Below, piece after piece: positions 39,614 to 48,206 of a DNA stretch of 64,000 nucleotides. The notes beneath the pieces were generated by a model. The model saw only the letters and a list, made by a program, of their open reading frames with translations, ran no database searches and had not been told where the DNA came from. This DNA comes from Promineifilum sp. (GTDB lineage Bacteria; Chloroflexota; Anaerolineae; Promineifilales; Promineifilaceae): contig DAOMSB010000005.1 in NCBI GenBank assembly GCA_035446145.1, positions 13,879 through 77,878 on the forward strand, read 5' to 3'. The first letter of the stretch is position 1; every line of letters begins with the position of its first letter. The translations under genes and the position numbers were made by a program.

Positions 39614-41512
39614 CTAGCGGCTTCGCTCCAGTTCCTTCAAGGTGACATCGAGCAGAATACGATCCCACTGCTGGCCGCCAAAGGCCACCGGCGTGAACTG
39701 TATCCAGTCGTGAACGACGATCTCGCGCGCCCGGATATACAGTGGGATGATAGGAAAGCTGCCCGTCTCGTTGAAGAAGATAGATTCCGCCTGGCGATAA
39801 AGTCCTGTGCGCTCGGTTGTGTCTACGGTCGTGCCGGCGCGACTGAGCAAAGAATCGGCGTCGGAACATTCCCGATTCTGGCGGTTTTCGCTGTCGCGAC
39901 AATGAAGCAGATCGGTAATCGAATTTTTGGCGTCGGGGAAAGTAGGGGCCCAGGCAAACTCCCACATATCCGGTCGGGCGGTGGCGTCCGGCTGTGTACC
40001 GACCAATAGTTCACCGAACGATACTTGCTTGATGTGGATGCTCTCTTTCAGGCAGTCCAACTCCTTAATCCACATGTCGCGAACAAGCTCTGCCTGGCGC
40101 AAGGACAGGTCGGCCGAGCTCACCAGAAACGTTATCTCGGGCATGAGCCGGCAATTGCGAAATGAGCTGGCAGCCATTTGCTGTCGTGCGAAGTCGGGGC
40201 TGTAACCGACGCCGAGTTCGTCCGCGGGGATGGCGGCGACGATGCCCGGGACGGTAGCGTGACGCATAACGATGCCGCGACCGCCATATAGCTCGGTGAC
40301 AAGTTCCTGCCGGTTGATCGCCGCGCTGAAGGCGCGGCGTACTTCGACCTCGTGAAAGACGCCGCTGTTGAAGTTAAACCCAAGATAGAACAGGACCTGA
40401 TCGGGAATGGTACGCACCTTGGCCTCGGTACGTTGCAAAAATGATTCTCGCTCGGCGGTGGGCAGTGGCGCGATATCGAGCAAGCGATCCTGCCACATCG
40501 CGAAGGCTTCAGTGTCTTCATCCAGGAAGCTGATGTTGATGACTTCGATATTTCCCGGTTTGTCGAGGTCCTTGGGCCACAGCGGGTTGCGATGAAGCGT
40601 AGCGGTTTGGAATGTCAATTGTGTTGATACCGGCAGAAATGGACCTGAGGTGATCAGATTCCTGGGCGTTTGCCAACCGATGCTGAATTCTCCGGCCGGG
40701 TTCAACCATTCGTTGCCCATTTCTTCGACGAGATCTTTGGGTACCGGCTGAAAGAAGGGCATGCTGGTGAGCGTCAGGAAGAAGCCGGCCGGTTTCGTTA
40801 ATCTGACTTGCAGCAAGGTGGGATTGACTGCCTCAATGCCGATGGTTTTCAGGTCGGCTTCAACAGGCTCCGGGATTGCGTAGACGGCCTCACAACCCTC
40901 GATGAGAAACAGGGAAAATGTCGCCGCGCTTGTGACCTGACGACTGCAATAGCGTTGAACGGCATAGACAACATCCTCTGCGGTGACCGGCCGAATCTGA
41001 GTCGCAGACCAAAGAGCCTGGCTGCCAGGCCCGGGGCTTTTGGGGCGAACCCAGTAAATGTCATCACGTAGATTGAATGTCCACGTGCGGCCGTCGTCGC
41101 TGACTGCCCACGTCGATGCCAATTCAGGCTCGATACTGTTTGTCTCAGGATTGAAGTTCGTCAATCCGGTGAACAGGTTTTGCGTCAAGTCGAGTTGGGA
41201 TTGACGTTCGGCCAGACCGGGATCGAGATCAGGCAGCTGTCCAATAAGGCTGATGTCGAGTATGGCGAGCGGCTCGACGCGCACGGGGGTTGCCAATGGA
41301 TCGGGCGTGCTTGTGGCAAAAGCGATCTGACCGACGATCCGGGTCATAATGGCCTGGACTCTGCCGGCAGTCGGCTGCGGGGTTCCCTCGCCGATTGAGG
41401 AAGACGCGGTATTGGCGCGGCATCCGGCGGCAAAAATCAATAAGCCGGCCAGGAGCCACAGACGCCATTGCCGAGTGATTTGCGCGTGTTTCTTGTTACC
41501 CACAATGAACAT
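39614..41512 (-). CDS. OppA-like peptide ABC transporter substrate-binding lipoprotein (orphan)
   Basis: Lipobox FAAGC, PELASTW.VSDDGRTWTFNLR, VTAEDV.Y, VRRAFS.AINR. Confidence 0.85.
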   Translation of the reverse strand: MFIVGNKKHAQITRQWRLWLLAGLLIFAAGCRANTASSSIGEGTPQPTAGRVQAIMTRIVGQIAFATSTPDPLATPVRVEPLAILDISLIGQLPDLDPGLAERQSQLDLTQNLFTGLTNFNPETNSIEPELASTWAVSDDGRTWTFNLRDDIYWVRPKSPGPGSQALWSATQIRPVTAEDVVYAVQRYCSRQVTSAATFSLFLIEGCEAVYAIPEPVEADLKTIGIEAVNPTLLQVRLTKPAGFFLTLTSMPFFQPVPKDLVEEMGNEWLNPAGEFSIGWQTPRNLITSGPFLPVSTQLTFQTATLHRNPLWPKDLDKPGNIEVINISFLDEDTEAFAMWQDRLLDIAPLPTAERESFLQRTEAKVRTIPDQVLFYLGFNFNSGVFHEVEVRRAFSAAINRQELVTELYGGRGIVMRHATVPGIVAAIPADELGVGYSPDFARQQMAASSFRNCRLMPEITFLVSSADLSLRQAELVRDMWIKELDCLKESIHIKQVSFGELLVGTQPDATARPDMWEFAWAPTFPDAKNSITDLLHCRDSENRQNRECSDADSLLSRAGTTVDTTERTGLYRQAESIFFNETGSFPIIPLYIRAREIVVHDWIQFTPVAFGGQQWDRILLDVTLKELERSR

Positions 41513-41639
41513 TGGGAGCGCATGCTATATCACTCCCGGCTGCTCGACAAGGGAAACGGCTGCAGTTGCCTCGATATTATCCGAGTAGTAATATATATTC
41601 CGTTGTCCGTCTGTGTTGCGTCAGGAAGCAGCAAACGTT

Positions 41640-42878
41640 ATGTACGAACGAGTATTGGTTATTGACGACTCCCAGGAAATTCGGGACTTCCTCGTCGAGA
41701 ATATTCTTCGGCCCAAAGGGTTTGAGGTGCTCGCCGCCTCGGACGGCATAATGGGTCTGGAACTGGCCATCTCCAAAGAACCTGATCTCATGATAACCGA
41801 TCAGCAGATGCCGGGTCTCACAGGTCTGCAGGTCCTGCAAAAGCTCCGCGAACGTGGCGTTGACATCCCGGCTATCCTGATCACCGGCGAAGGGTCAGAG
41901 GATACCGCCGTCCGCGCCTTCCGCCTGGGCATCAAGGATTACATCATCAAGCCGATTGATGCAGAAGAGCTTAGTCAATCGGTGGATAAAGCCCTGCGCG
42001 AGAATCGCCTGCAAAAGGAGCGCGATCAGCTGGTCACTCAGTTGATGGAAAGCAATTCCCAGCTCCAGCGGCGCGCGCAGGAACTGAATGTGCTCTATGG
42101 CGTCGGCAAGTCGGTGTCCTCATCACTTGATTTGGAAGAGGTGTTGCAGCGCGTGGTTGAGGCGGCAGTCTATGTCGTCGGCGCGGAAGAAGGCTCCTTG
42201 ATGCTCCTTGATGAGGATCGGGGCGAGTTATACATCCGCGCTTCAAAGAACCTGGATTCCAAGGCGCGTTCAATGCGCAAGCGCGTGACGGACAGCCTGG
42301 CCGGCAAGGTGTTGCAGACCAAGCGCGCCATCGCTATTGGCGCAGACTCGCAATGGAAACGCACCCATACGGCACTTCTGGTCAAGTCGCTGATCTATGT
42401 GCCCCTCATCCTGCAAAACAAGCCGATTGGTGTGCTCGGCGTCACGAACCAGATTAAGGATTCTTCCTTCGACAGCAACGATACGCGCGCGCTCTCGGCG
42501 CTGGGCGGCTACGCGACCATAGCCATCAATAATGCCAACATGTACCATTCGATGGCTCGCGAACGCACCGTGCTGAGCGAGATCGTGGAGCATATCGACG
42601 ACGCAGTGATCGTCGTCGATGAAGATTTCCGGATGCTGGTCCTCAATGCCTCGGCGCGAGCGTTGTTCACCCTGCCGGAAAGCAACGTCATCGGTCGGCC
42701 GATCATGGACCTGATCGACCATGTCGGCCTAATCCGAATGGTGGCGGAGCCGAGCATTCAGGACGATGGCGTGCGCGTGGAGCATGACATGATTCTGGCC
42801 GACGGTCGGACGTATCGGGCGCGGGTGACGCTCGTCGAGGGTGGTAGCCGGTTTATCACCTTGCGTCGCCTGGGCTAA
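41640..42878 (+). CDS. Response regulator receiver-GAF-PAS protein without output domain
   Basis: VIDD..ITDQQMPG..LITG..YIIKP receiver; SSLDLEEVL..VPL..IGVL GAF; DAVIVVD..N..A PAS. Confidence 0.8.
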   Translation: MYERVLVIDDSQEIRDFLVENILRPKGFEVLAASDGIMGLELAISKEPDLMITDQQMPGLTGLQVLQKLRERGVDIPAILITGEGSEDTAVRAFRLGIKDYIIKPIDAEELSQSVDKALRENRLQKERDQLVTQLMESNSQLQRRAQELNVLYGVGKSVSSSLDLEEVLQRVVEAAVYVVGAEEGSLMLLDEDRGELYIRASKNLDSKARSMRKRVTDSLAGKVLQTKRAIAIGADSQWKRTHTALLVKSLIYVPLILQNKPIGVLGVTNQIKDSSFDSNDTRALSALGGYATIAINNANMYHSMARERTVLSEIVEHIDDAVIVVDEDFRMLVLNASARALFTLPESNVIGRPIMDLIDHVGLIRMVAEPSIQDDGVRVEHDMILADGRTYRARVTLVEGGSRFITLRRLG

Positions 42879-42967
42879 GCGAACGTAACAACCGTAACCG
42901 CAATAAGGTGTGTCGCTGCAGCGACCTTCAATTTGCAGAAATCCGCCCAACGCATCAGAATTCCCCG

Positions 42968-44212
42968 ATGCTTCAAGAAATCAAACCTGCCACACGCAAT
43001 CGGTTGATTGCAGTCATTTTTGCTGTCTCGAGTCTGGTAGCAGCGGCCCAGGTCGCTTTCTTCACGCTCATGCCCATTATTGCCGCCGATTTGGGTGGCA
43101 GCGAGAGCGCGGCCGGAATCCCCAGCACGATGGGGCTGCTTTTTCGCGCTGCGGCCGCCTATCCGTTAGGCTGGCTGATGGGGCGCATGGGCCGGCGCAT
43201 TGGGCTGACTGCGGGCCTGGTGGTTGGCTTCATCGGCACGGCTATGGGCGCCTGGGCGATTGGCGCGGGGCATTTCTGGATCTTTTCCCTTGGGGCCGGT
43301 TTGGCCGGCGTGGCTCGTGGCGCGTCCGATCTGTCACGCTACGCGGCAGCCGAGGTAAGCCCCATTGAGCATCGGGCCAAAATACTGGGCTGGATCGTCT
43401 TCGCCGGAACAATCGGTGCGCTGGCCGGCCCGCTATTGGTCACTCCGGCCGTGAATCTGGCCGCCGCCAACGGGCTTGTGCCTGATAGCGGCCCGTTTTG
43501 GGCGGCCACAATCGTGTCAGGCCTGGCCGCTGTCGTCACGTTCCTGTTCCTGCGGCCTGATCCGCTGACGATCAGCCGGATGATGGACGCCAACGAACGG
43601 ATTAACACCGGCCGGGAAGATGACGAGCCGGCGCGGCCATTAGCTCAACTTTTGAAAGTGTGGCACGTGCGCCTCGGCATGGCGGCCATGTCCATTGGAC
43701 AGCTGGTGATGGTCATGATTATGGTCATCACTCCCTTGCACATGCATCATTCGGGTCACGGCACCGGCTCGATCTCGTTCGTCATCCTGGCCCATCAATT
43801 AGGTATGTATGGCCTGTCCTGGGCAGCCGGCGGATTGATCGATCGCTTCGGCGCGACCAAGATTATCGTCGGCGGGGCGGCTCTGTTGATTAGCGCTTCG
43901 CTGATGAGCCCGTTCGTCACCTCTGTTGCCGGTTTGTCGATCGCCTTGTTTCTGCTGGGGTTGGGCTGGAGTTTTTGCTTCGTGGCCGGTTCCGCGCTGC
44001 TGGCGGTGGGGCTGGCGCCCAGCGAGCGCACGCGCGTTCAAGGGATGAGCGATACGTGGTCGTCGGCCGCCGCTGCGCTGGGCAGCCTTAGCACCGGGGC
44101 GTTATTTGCCGCTGGAAAGATGCTGCTGGTTGGTGCGGTCGGCCTGGCTTTCTCGCTGGGTTTGGTCGCCCTGTGGCTCATCGCGCGAAAACGGGATGTG
44201 GTGATGGCCTGA
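42968..44212 (+). CDS. MFS transporter
   Basis: GRMGRRIGL, RYAAAE, G.LIDRFG, about 12 TMs; start follows TTGCAG-17-CAGAAT by 6 nt. Confidence 0.88.
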   Translation: MLQEIKPATRNRLIAVIFAVSSLVAAAQVAFFTLMPIIAADLGGSESAAGIPSTMGLLFRAAAAYPLGWLMGRMGRRIGLTAGLVVGFIGTAMGAWAIGAGHFWIFSLGAGLAGVARGASDLSRYAAAEVSPIEHRAKILGWIVFAGTIGALAGPLLVTPAVNLAAANGLVPDSGPFWAATIVSGLAAVVTFLFLRPDPLTISRMMDANERINTGREDDEPARPLAQLLKVWHVRLGMAAMSIGQLVMVMIMVITPLHMHHSGHGTGSISFVILAHQLGMYGLSWAAGGLIDRFGATKIIVGGAALLISASLMSPFVTSVAGLSIALFLLGLGWSFCFVAGSALLAVGLAPSERTRVQGMSDTWSSAAAALGSLSTGALFAAGKMLLVGAVGLAFSLGLVALWLIARKRDVVMA

Positions 44213-44345
44213 GCGAGCGATAACTCTCCGCGGCGAGCCAGGATCATGCCGCACCCGACGTTTGGCCGGTTCCGGCATTCGAAGATAACATAGCGTTGAA
44301 CACCTACGGAACCCGATCCCCCTCCATATCACGATACAAGGAGAA

Positions 44346-46415
44346 ATGCCTGTGACCACGCAAGACGCTTTCCAATTCGACTGGCACGAGGTGGCCCGGC
44401 TGGCGCTCATCTCGCGCCTCATGGACGAAATGGAAGAGCGCGAGTTGACCCCGCAAGGCCATGTTACCTATCAGTTTTCGGCCAGAGGACATGAACTGGG
44501 TCAGATTCTCATCGCGCAGATGCTCAACCGCTCGATGGACACTGCATCGGTCTATTATCGCTCGCGGCCGTTTATGCTTGGCAGCGGGCTGACCACCGAA
44601 GAGGCGTTTGCCTCGGATATGGCGCGGGTGGGCAGCATGAGCGAGGGCCGGGATGTGGGTGTCGTGTTCAATATGCCCCGCCGCGAGCGAGCGCTGGTGC
44701 TGCCGATGGCGGCCGATGTCGGTTCGCAATTCACGCCCGCCGCCGGATATGCCCAGGCTTTGTGCTACCGGCGCTCGATCCTGCGCGACGCCGCGGCCGA
44801 GGGCAGCATCTCTGTCGTTTTTGGCGGCGAGGGATCGGTTGCCGCCAACGGTTTTTGGTCGGCCCTGACGATGGCCACGACGCTGAACCTGCCGCTCCTG
44901 TTCGTCATCGAGGACAACGGTTACGCTATCTCCGTTAAGAGCAGGTTGCAGACGCCGGGCGCCAATATTGCCGCCAACCTGGCCGCTTTCCAGGGGCTAA
45001 AGATATGGGACGGCGACGGTTGCGATCCGGCGACGACAGCCGGCCTTGTTGCCGAGGCCGTTTCGTTTGTGCGCGAGTGGCGCGGCCCGGCCCTGTTGCG
45101 GCTGACCGTGCCGCGCTTGTCGGGCCATTCGAGCGTCGACAATCAGGCCTATAAATCGGAGGATGAGCGCGCGGCCGAATGGGCGCGCGATCCGATTCCC
45201 GCCATCAAGCGTTATCTGGTGCCTTCGCAAATGGATGAGGGGTCGTGGCAACGGTTGGAGGAGGAAGCAGCAGCCGAGGTGAATCTGGCGCGTGATAAGG
45301 CAATGGCCCAACCCCAGCCGGATGTATCCCGTATCACGGATCGCGTATGGGCGGCCGGATCGCCCAGGCCACAGGTGGGTGGACTGGCGGCCGAAGGGAT
45401 CGAATTACCGGCAGGAGGTGACATACCGCACCAGCCGGACCCGCGTCGTCTGACGATGGTCGAGGCTATCCGTCGCACGCTGGACGTGGAACTCGGCATT
45501 AATCCGCGCTGTCTGGTGTTTGGGGAGGATGTCGGGCATAAGGGCGGCGTTCATGCCGCAACGTTGGGATTGCAGGTAAAGCATGGCGAGGAGCGGGTGT
45601 TTGATACCAGCCTGTCGGAAGAGGGAATTATCGGCCGTTCGGTGGGGATGGCTCTGGCCGGGCTGATGCCCGTGCCTGAGATTCAGTTCCGCAAGTACGC
45701 CGATCCGGCGACGGAGCAGCTGCATAACATAGGCTCGCTGCGTTGGCGCACGGCCGGCCGCTTTGCCGCGCCGGTCGTCGTGCGGATGCCGGGTGGCTTC
45801 CGACGCATCGGCGATCCCTGGCACAGCGTCACCGACGAGGCCGCGTTTGCCCACAGCGTTGGCTGGCAGGTGGCTTATCCATCGAACGCTGAAGATGCAG
45901 CCGGCCTGCTGCGCGCCGCGTTGCGCGGTGACGATCCGGTAATGTTTTTCGAGCATCGGGCGATGCTCGACGCCGCTTCCGCCCGCCGCGCTTATCCCGG
46001 TGATGAGTACGTCCTGCCTTTTGGCCGCGGGCGAATCGTGCGTGAAGGGCAGTCCCTGACGATTGTGGCGTGGGGAGCCATGGTGGAACGCTGCGAGGCG
46101 GCGGCCGAGCAGGTGGGCAAGAGCATCGAGATCATCGATCTGCGTACCATTGTGCCCTGGGACGAGGAAATGGTTCTCGCCTCGGTGCGAAAGACGGCAC
46201 GCTGCCTGATCGTGCATGAGGACTTTGAACTGGTTGGGTTTGGCGCGGAGATTGCCGCCGCGGTCGTTCGGGACGCCTTCCTGGACCTCGACGCGCCGGT
46301 GCAGCGGCTGGCCGCGCCATCCGTGCCTGTGCCGTTCAACACGAATCTGATGGACGGTATGATCCCTCGCATCGACCAGATTCGCGAGCGCATTGAGTGG
46401 TTGCTGGCGTTTTGA
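44346..46415 (+). CDS. 2-oxoacid dehydrogenase E1, fused alpha/beta subunits
   Basis: GEGS..EDNGY TPP motif, GHSS.D, FGEDVG..GGV, RVFDT.LSE, EIQF, IDLRT. Confidence 0.9.
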   Translation: MPVTTQDAFQFDWHEVARLALISRLMDEMEERELTPQGHVTYQFSARGHELGQILIAQMLNRSMDTASVYYRSRPFMLGSGLTTEEAFASDMARVGSMSEGRDVGVVFNMPRRERALVLPMAADVGSQFTPAAGYAQALCYRRSILRDAAAEGSISVVFGGEGSVAANGFWSALTMATTLNLPLLFVIEDNGYAISVKSRLQTPGANIAANLAAFQGLKIWDGDGCDPATTAGLVAEAVSFVREWRGPALLRLTVPRLSGHSSVDNQAYKSEDERAAEWARDPIPAIKRYLVPSQMDEGSWQRLEEEAAAEVNLARDKAMAQPQPDVSRITDRVWAAGSPRPQVGGLAAEGIELPAGGDIPHQPDPRRLTMVEAIRRTLDVELGINPRCLVFGEDVGHKGGVHAATLGLQVKHGEERVFDTSLSEEGIIGRSVGMALAGLMPVPEIQFRKYADPATEQLHNIGSLRWRTAGRFAAPVVVRMPGGFRRIGDPWHSVTDEAAFAHSVGWQVAYPSNAEDAAGLLRAALRGDDPVMFFEHRAMLDAASARRAYPGDEYVLPFGRGRIVREGQSLTIVAWGAMVERCEAAAEQVGKSIEIIDLRTIVPWDEEMVLASVRKTARCLIVHEDFELVGFGAEIAAAVVRDAFLDLDAPVQRLAAPSVPVPFNTNLMDGMIPRIDQIRERIEWLLAF

Positions 46416-46445
46416 TTTGCGCCGATGCCTGGGCGTCGCAAGCGG

Positions 46446-46473
46446 TTGACAGAAGCGGTCGTATGCATATACT
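46446..46473 (+). promoter_or_regulatory. Sigma70 promoter of the T-box leader
   Basis: TTGACA-16 nt-TATACT. Confidence 0.8.
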
Positions 46474-46489
46474 TATTTCCATATTCAAC

Positions 46490-46770
46490 GGCGTCGATCG
46501 AGACGAGTAGGCGGTCAGAAATTGCCAAGCGAGCCTGAGAGGGTGTGAGTCAGGCGCAAATCACCGGCCGAAAATCCCTCGGGAGCCGCCAGCCGAAAGG
46601 CCTAGTGCCGAGTAGACCTGGCCGGATTCGCCCCACGTTAGCGGGGTTGCGACGATGGGAAACTATTTTCCCGTTGTCGAATAAAGTGTCGGGCGTTTTG
46701 CCCGGAAGCTGGGTGGTACCACGGAGAGTTTACGCCTTCGTCCCTGAGAGGACGAGGGCGTTTTTGTTTT
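46490..46770 (+). ncRNA. T-box riboswitch, Ile specifier
   Basis: Stem I with GAGTAG..GCGAG..GGTGTGAG, specifier loop GAAA-ATC (46574-46576), AGTA stem II, T-box AAGCTGGGTGGTACCACGG (46706-46724), terminator 46733-46770. Confidence 0.92.
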
Positions 46771-46797
46771 GTGGGGTATTGCGCAAAGGATGATTGC

Positions 46798-47514
46798 ATG
46801 ATGACTGAGTTGCTTTATACAACCGACGCCTATATGCGCGAATTCCAGGCCACCGTCGTTGGTCATGTCGACGGTGGCGTCGTCCTCGACCGGACGGTCT
46901 TTTTTCCTGGCGGGGGCGGGCAACCATTCGATACCGGCTCCCTGAGTGTCGAGTCTGATCTATGGTCCGTTACGGCCGTCAAAAAGGTGAATGGCGAACC
47001 GGCGCACTTCATTGAGGGAGATCTACCTGCAATAGGCGCGGTTGTGACGGGCGTCCTCGACTGGGAGCGCCGCTATAGCTTGATGCGAACGCACACAGCC
47101 ATGCACATCCTGTGCGGTGTCGTTTTCCGTGATTATGGCGCCCAGGTTACCGGCGGCAATATGGACCCGCTGCAAGGGCGAATGGACTTCGAATTCGAGA
47201 CGATGCGCCATGAGCTTGTGGCCGCCATCGAGGAGGCAGTCAACGCGGAGGTCGCGGCGGCGCGGCCCGTCCGCGTGCGCATTTTGCCCCGCGAAGAGGC
47301 GTTTGCCATTCCCGACCTCATCCGGACCAAGATTAACCTGCTGCCGGAGGGCATCACTGAGATTCGGACGGTTGAACTGGTCGGGCTTGATTTGCAGGCC
47401 GACGGCGGAACCCACGTCGCCAATACAAGCGAAGTTGGCCGCATTCGTATCACCGATTACAAGAGCAAGGGCAAGATCAACAAGCGGATCTATCTGGAGT
47501 TGGAGGCGAATTAG
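46798..47514 (+). CDS. alaX: AlaX-type free-standing tRNA editing protein
   Basis: LDRTVFFPGGGGQPFDTG, MRTHTAMH, QADGGTHV.NT.E. Confidence 0.85.
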   Translation: MMTELLYTTDAYMREFQATVVGHVDGGVVLDRTVFFPGGGGQPFDTGSLSVESDLWSVTAVKKVNGEPAHFIEGDLPAIGAVVTGVLDWERRYSLMRTHTAMHILCGVVFRDYGAQVTGGNMDPLQGRMDFEFETMRHELVAAIEEAVNAEVAAARPVRVRILPREEAFAIPDLIRTKINLLPEGITEIRTVELVGLDLQADGGTHVANTSEVGRIRITDYKSKGKINKRIYLELEAN

Positions 47515-48176
47515 TGCGCTTCATCATTCATGAGATGCCGTATGAGCGGCCGTTATTGGCCGGGCGGTTGCGCTATGAGCGGGACGGTGTGCCCACCGGC
47601 GCAGTCGAATTGTGGCGCATCACGAACGCGGTTGATGGCTATCGGTTTCTCCGTGTTGATTTAGATGCGCGCGAGGCGGAATCCGGCCGTTCGAGTCTGT
47701 ATCACGTGACCTTGAACCCTGCCGGCCGGCCTGAACAACTCAAGTTTCGCCTGTGGGGTAATGGCCCCGAAGTGTCAGGCTCACTTGTGTGGAATCAGGG
47801 CGAGATTATCGCCGCCAGACAGGTGGATGATGTTGCCTATCAGGATGTCGCTCGAGATAGAGCATTCTGGTTTCCGGCCGGGTCCGGCCTTGCGCTGTTG
47901 TCGTTGAGCGTTGGCGAGTCGACCGGGGTCACGATGAGTGCCGCCGCGGCCGAGCCATCGGAACTAATGAAATTGGTCGAAATGCCGGTCATGATCGAAC
48001 TGGGCGAGGCAATCCTGGAGGATGTAGCCGGGGAACTTTTGCCGGTCAGGCCGTTGCAAGTGAGCTGGAAGGAGCAGGGCCGGACGGTCTGGATCGATCC
48101 CGAAGGGCGGCCGCTTCGCCTCCTTCGGGATGATGGATTGACGGCCGTGGCCGAGCGTCTCGTGCGTTACAGCTGA
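47514..48176 (+). CDS. Hypothetical protein
   Basis: 220-aa ORF overlapping the alaX stop, same strand, fills the gap to ileS. Confidence 0.7.
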   Translation: MRFIIHEMPYERPLLAGRLRYERDGVPTGAVELWRITNAVDGYRFLRVDLDAREAESGRSSLYHVTLNPAGRPEQLKFRLWGNGPEVSGSLVWNQGEIIAARQVDDVAYQDVARDRAFWFPAGSGLALLSLSVGESTGVTMSAAAAEPSELMKLVEMPVMIELGEAILEDVAGELLPVRPLQVSWKEQGRTVWIDPEGRPLRLLRDDGLTAVAERLVRYS

Positions 48177-48206
48177 ACGAACGTATGAGGTTATGAGGAG
48201 AGAAAC

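Noticed and set aside
41981-41989. Isolated one-mismatch DnaA-like boxes (also ~30634 and ~48872)
   Set aside because: Single degenerate matches are expected by chance
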